The position numbers were made by a program, and so were the translations under genes. 64,000 nt of DNA, taken from contig OZ024755.1 of the NCBI GenBank assembly GCA_964016885.1, forward strand, positions 4,526,001 to 4,590,000. The letters are read 5' to 3'. Shown in pieces: positions 62,110 through 64,000 of this stretch; positions within the stretch are counted from its first letter, which is position 1, and every line of letters starts with the position of its first letter. Below the pieces are notes generated by a model, which was given only the letters and a program-made list of their open reading frames with translations, had not been told where the DNA came from and did no database searches. Source of the DNA: Eledone cirrhosa. Lineage: Eukaryota.

Positions 62110-62380
62110 AACTTACTTCGTTAAAATCTCATTTATGTTGCAAAATAACCATTTTTAATCCCCCCAAAACAATGAAGTCTTGTGAATGTTTAAGAATCGC
62201 TTTTTTTCATTGCGACCTACCGTAGACAGTTTCGGTTCCGGCTTGTTGCTAACAACAGTGTTATATGTAAATAGTTAAGAGTTTACATATTGTAACCGTT
62301 ACTATAGAAGAATCCATTTGATTTTTACCAGTCTTATCTCCTTTTCTTGAAAGAAGAATCGTAATACAAAATGGTAATTA
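62110..62380. promoter_or_regulatory. Possible promoter or first-exon region
   Basis: Non-repetitive island with TTCCGG (ETS-like) and GTTGCTAACAAC/GTTACTATAG (RFX-like), a + strand CAAAATG|GTAATT and a - strand |GTAAGT. Confidence 0.25.
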
Positions 62381-62869
62381 TCTTCTTAATTTTTAATTGG
62401 TAATTTGAAGAGAGAGAAAATAAAAAAAAAAATGAAGAGAGAGAGAGTAAATGATTTCGAGTGATAGTTTCATAACTTTTATAAAGAAAACTAAATTCCT
62501 GAAAATTCTCCTTTCTTTAACTCGATCATCTAAAAACGTTCTTTCTTTCCTAGTGGAGCATGTGTGATTTTTTCACAGTTGTATAAATAACATTAGAAAT
62601 TGTTTATAATTCTTATAAACACAAATAATTGTTTCTATTTTTGGCGCAAGGCCAGCAATTAATCAGTGCATTACTGGTACTTTATTTTATCTACCCCGTA
62701 AAGATGAAAGGCAAAGTTAACCTCGGCGGGATTTGAACTCAATAATAAATACAATTAATTATTGCTATAAACCTCATAAATATAATGCACAAAATTATAC
62801 GACCAAAGTGAGAGAAACAAACAAACAAAAACAACCATCAATTCGACACCAAGTGCGTCAATTAGACAC

Positions 62870-63245
62870 AATTCACACCACAAGGGCCAAACGGGAATTT
62901 TTTAGGCAAGCCAACACGCCCACAGCATTATTGTGGGTGGTGACGAGGCTAAGGCGCTGAAAGAACCAAACTCCATCACGGGTATCACCTGACACCTCAG
63001 TAAGGTGAGCCACCAGCGATGACAAGAACTTCGCTGTCAGTGGCCCAACTTCACCGAACGTCTCCAACGACACAGGCTGAAAAAAATAGTTATTTGATAG
63101 ATCTCGATATTTATGGACTTTATTCCATTCGGCAACATCCATGATGTGGGAGGGAGCAAAAGAGTCATTGACTGTGACATCCCAGATGAGGCACCTACCT
63201 CTTACCCAGTGTCCCTGGGTAAGACCGTCTGGTCTTTCCTAGTCT
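62870..63245 (-). mobile_element. CRE-like non-LTR retrotransposon C-terminal (restriction-like endonuclease) fragment
   Basis: RPDGLT..W.RGRCLIWDVTV..K..KY..FQPVSLETFG..WFFQRLS. Confidence 0.75.
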
Positions 63246-63434
63246 TCCCAAAATCATTATATATATATATAAAATAATTGGTAAATTTGTAATTTAACTA
63301 CGATAATTAAGAAGGATTAATTGAACGTATATACACAGCCCAAAAAGTTACGTAATCCTTAAAACTAATTTGTATTTATATTTCGTCCCTACACAATTAC
63401 TTATAGGGTGGCTTAATTCCCTGATATATTCAAG

Positions 63435-63481
<47 letters not shown>

Positions 63482-63520
63482 ATAATAATAAATGTGAAGA
63501 CTAAAATCCAAAGAGGATAA

Positions 63521-63557
<37 letters not shown>

Positions 63558-63666
63558 TAAATATTTGCTCTAGGGTTCTTATATATTTGATATATATTTA
63601 TCCTAATATATATATTGTTATACTTGGGGAGGATCATGTAATAATATTGTCAGAAATAATAACAGA

Positions 63667-63701
<35 letters not shown>

Positions 63702-64000
63702 CAAACGTTAAAACGTTCCCTACTCTACCAAGCAATAAACTAATGTATTTCTTCATTGTATTGTGCCGTTTGCTTTGTTGTGTTTGTTATACTATATATA
63801 TATATATATATAGCATGTTGTAATCTCTATTAGTGGTGGTGGTGTTTGAGTTGTCAGGTAATGGTGGTCAGATGATAGTGGTGGTGGGTTCCAAGTAAAT
63901 GTTTCTTGAAATGTTTGTTTGCCAAAAAAAAATGTTAGAGGTGTAGATGTAATAATGTTACTTGAATTTACCTTTTGTCATACATACTGAACTTTCTTTG

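Overview
AT-rich, microsatellite-laden animal genomic DNA. The SINE and RTE repertoire and the (TA)n content suggest a cephalopod such as an octopus (inference). Most of the window is one minus-strand gene, EPG5 (autophagosome-lysosome tether). I traced it by hand as 46 phase-consistent GT-AG coding exons from ATG 58200 to TGA 7548 (8361 nt, about 2786 aa), plus a candidate 12-nt microexon at 31142-31153. The introns hold two tRNA-derived SINE families, RTE-like LINE fragments, TTAA-flanked piggyBac-type MITEs, Tc1/mariner-like MITEs and many intron-specific minisatellites; CRE-like retroposon fragments lie upstream. The most unusual signal is a dense, sequence-diverse set of type-I hammerhead ribozyme motifs: about 8 with intact CUGANGA/GAAA/UH cores and about 8 degenerate or half copies. 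Most sit in short inserts between (TA)n tracts, often followed by AATAAA or folded back into palindromes, and several lie on the sense strand of EPG5 introns. This resembles Penelope-like pLTR or retrozyme remnants. All structures were read by eye; no database search or folding program was run.
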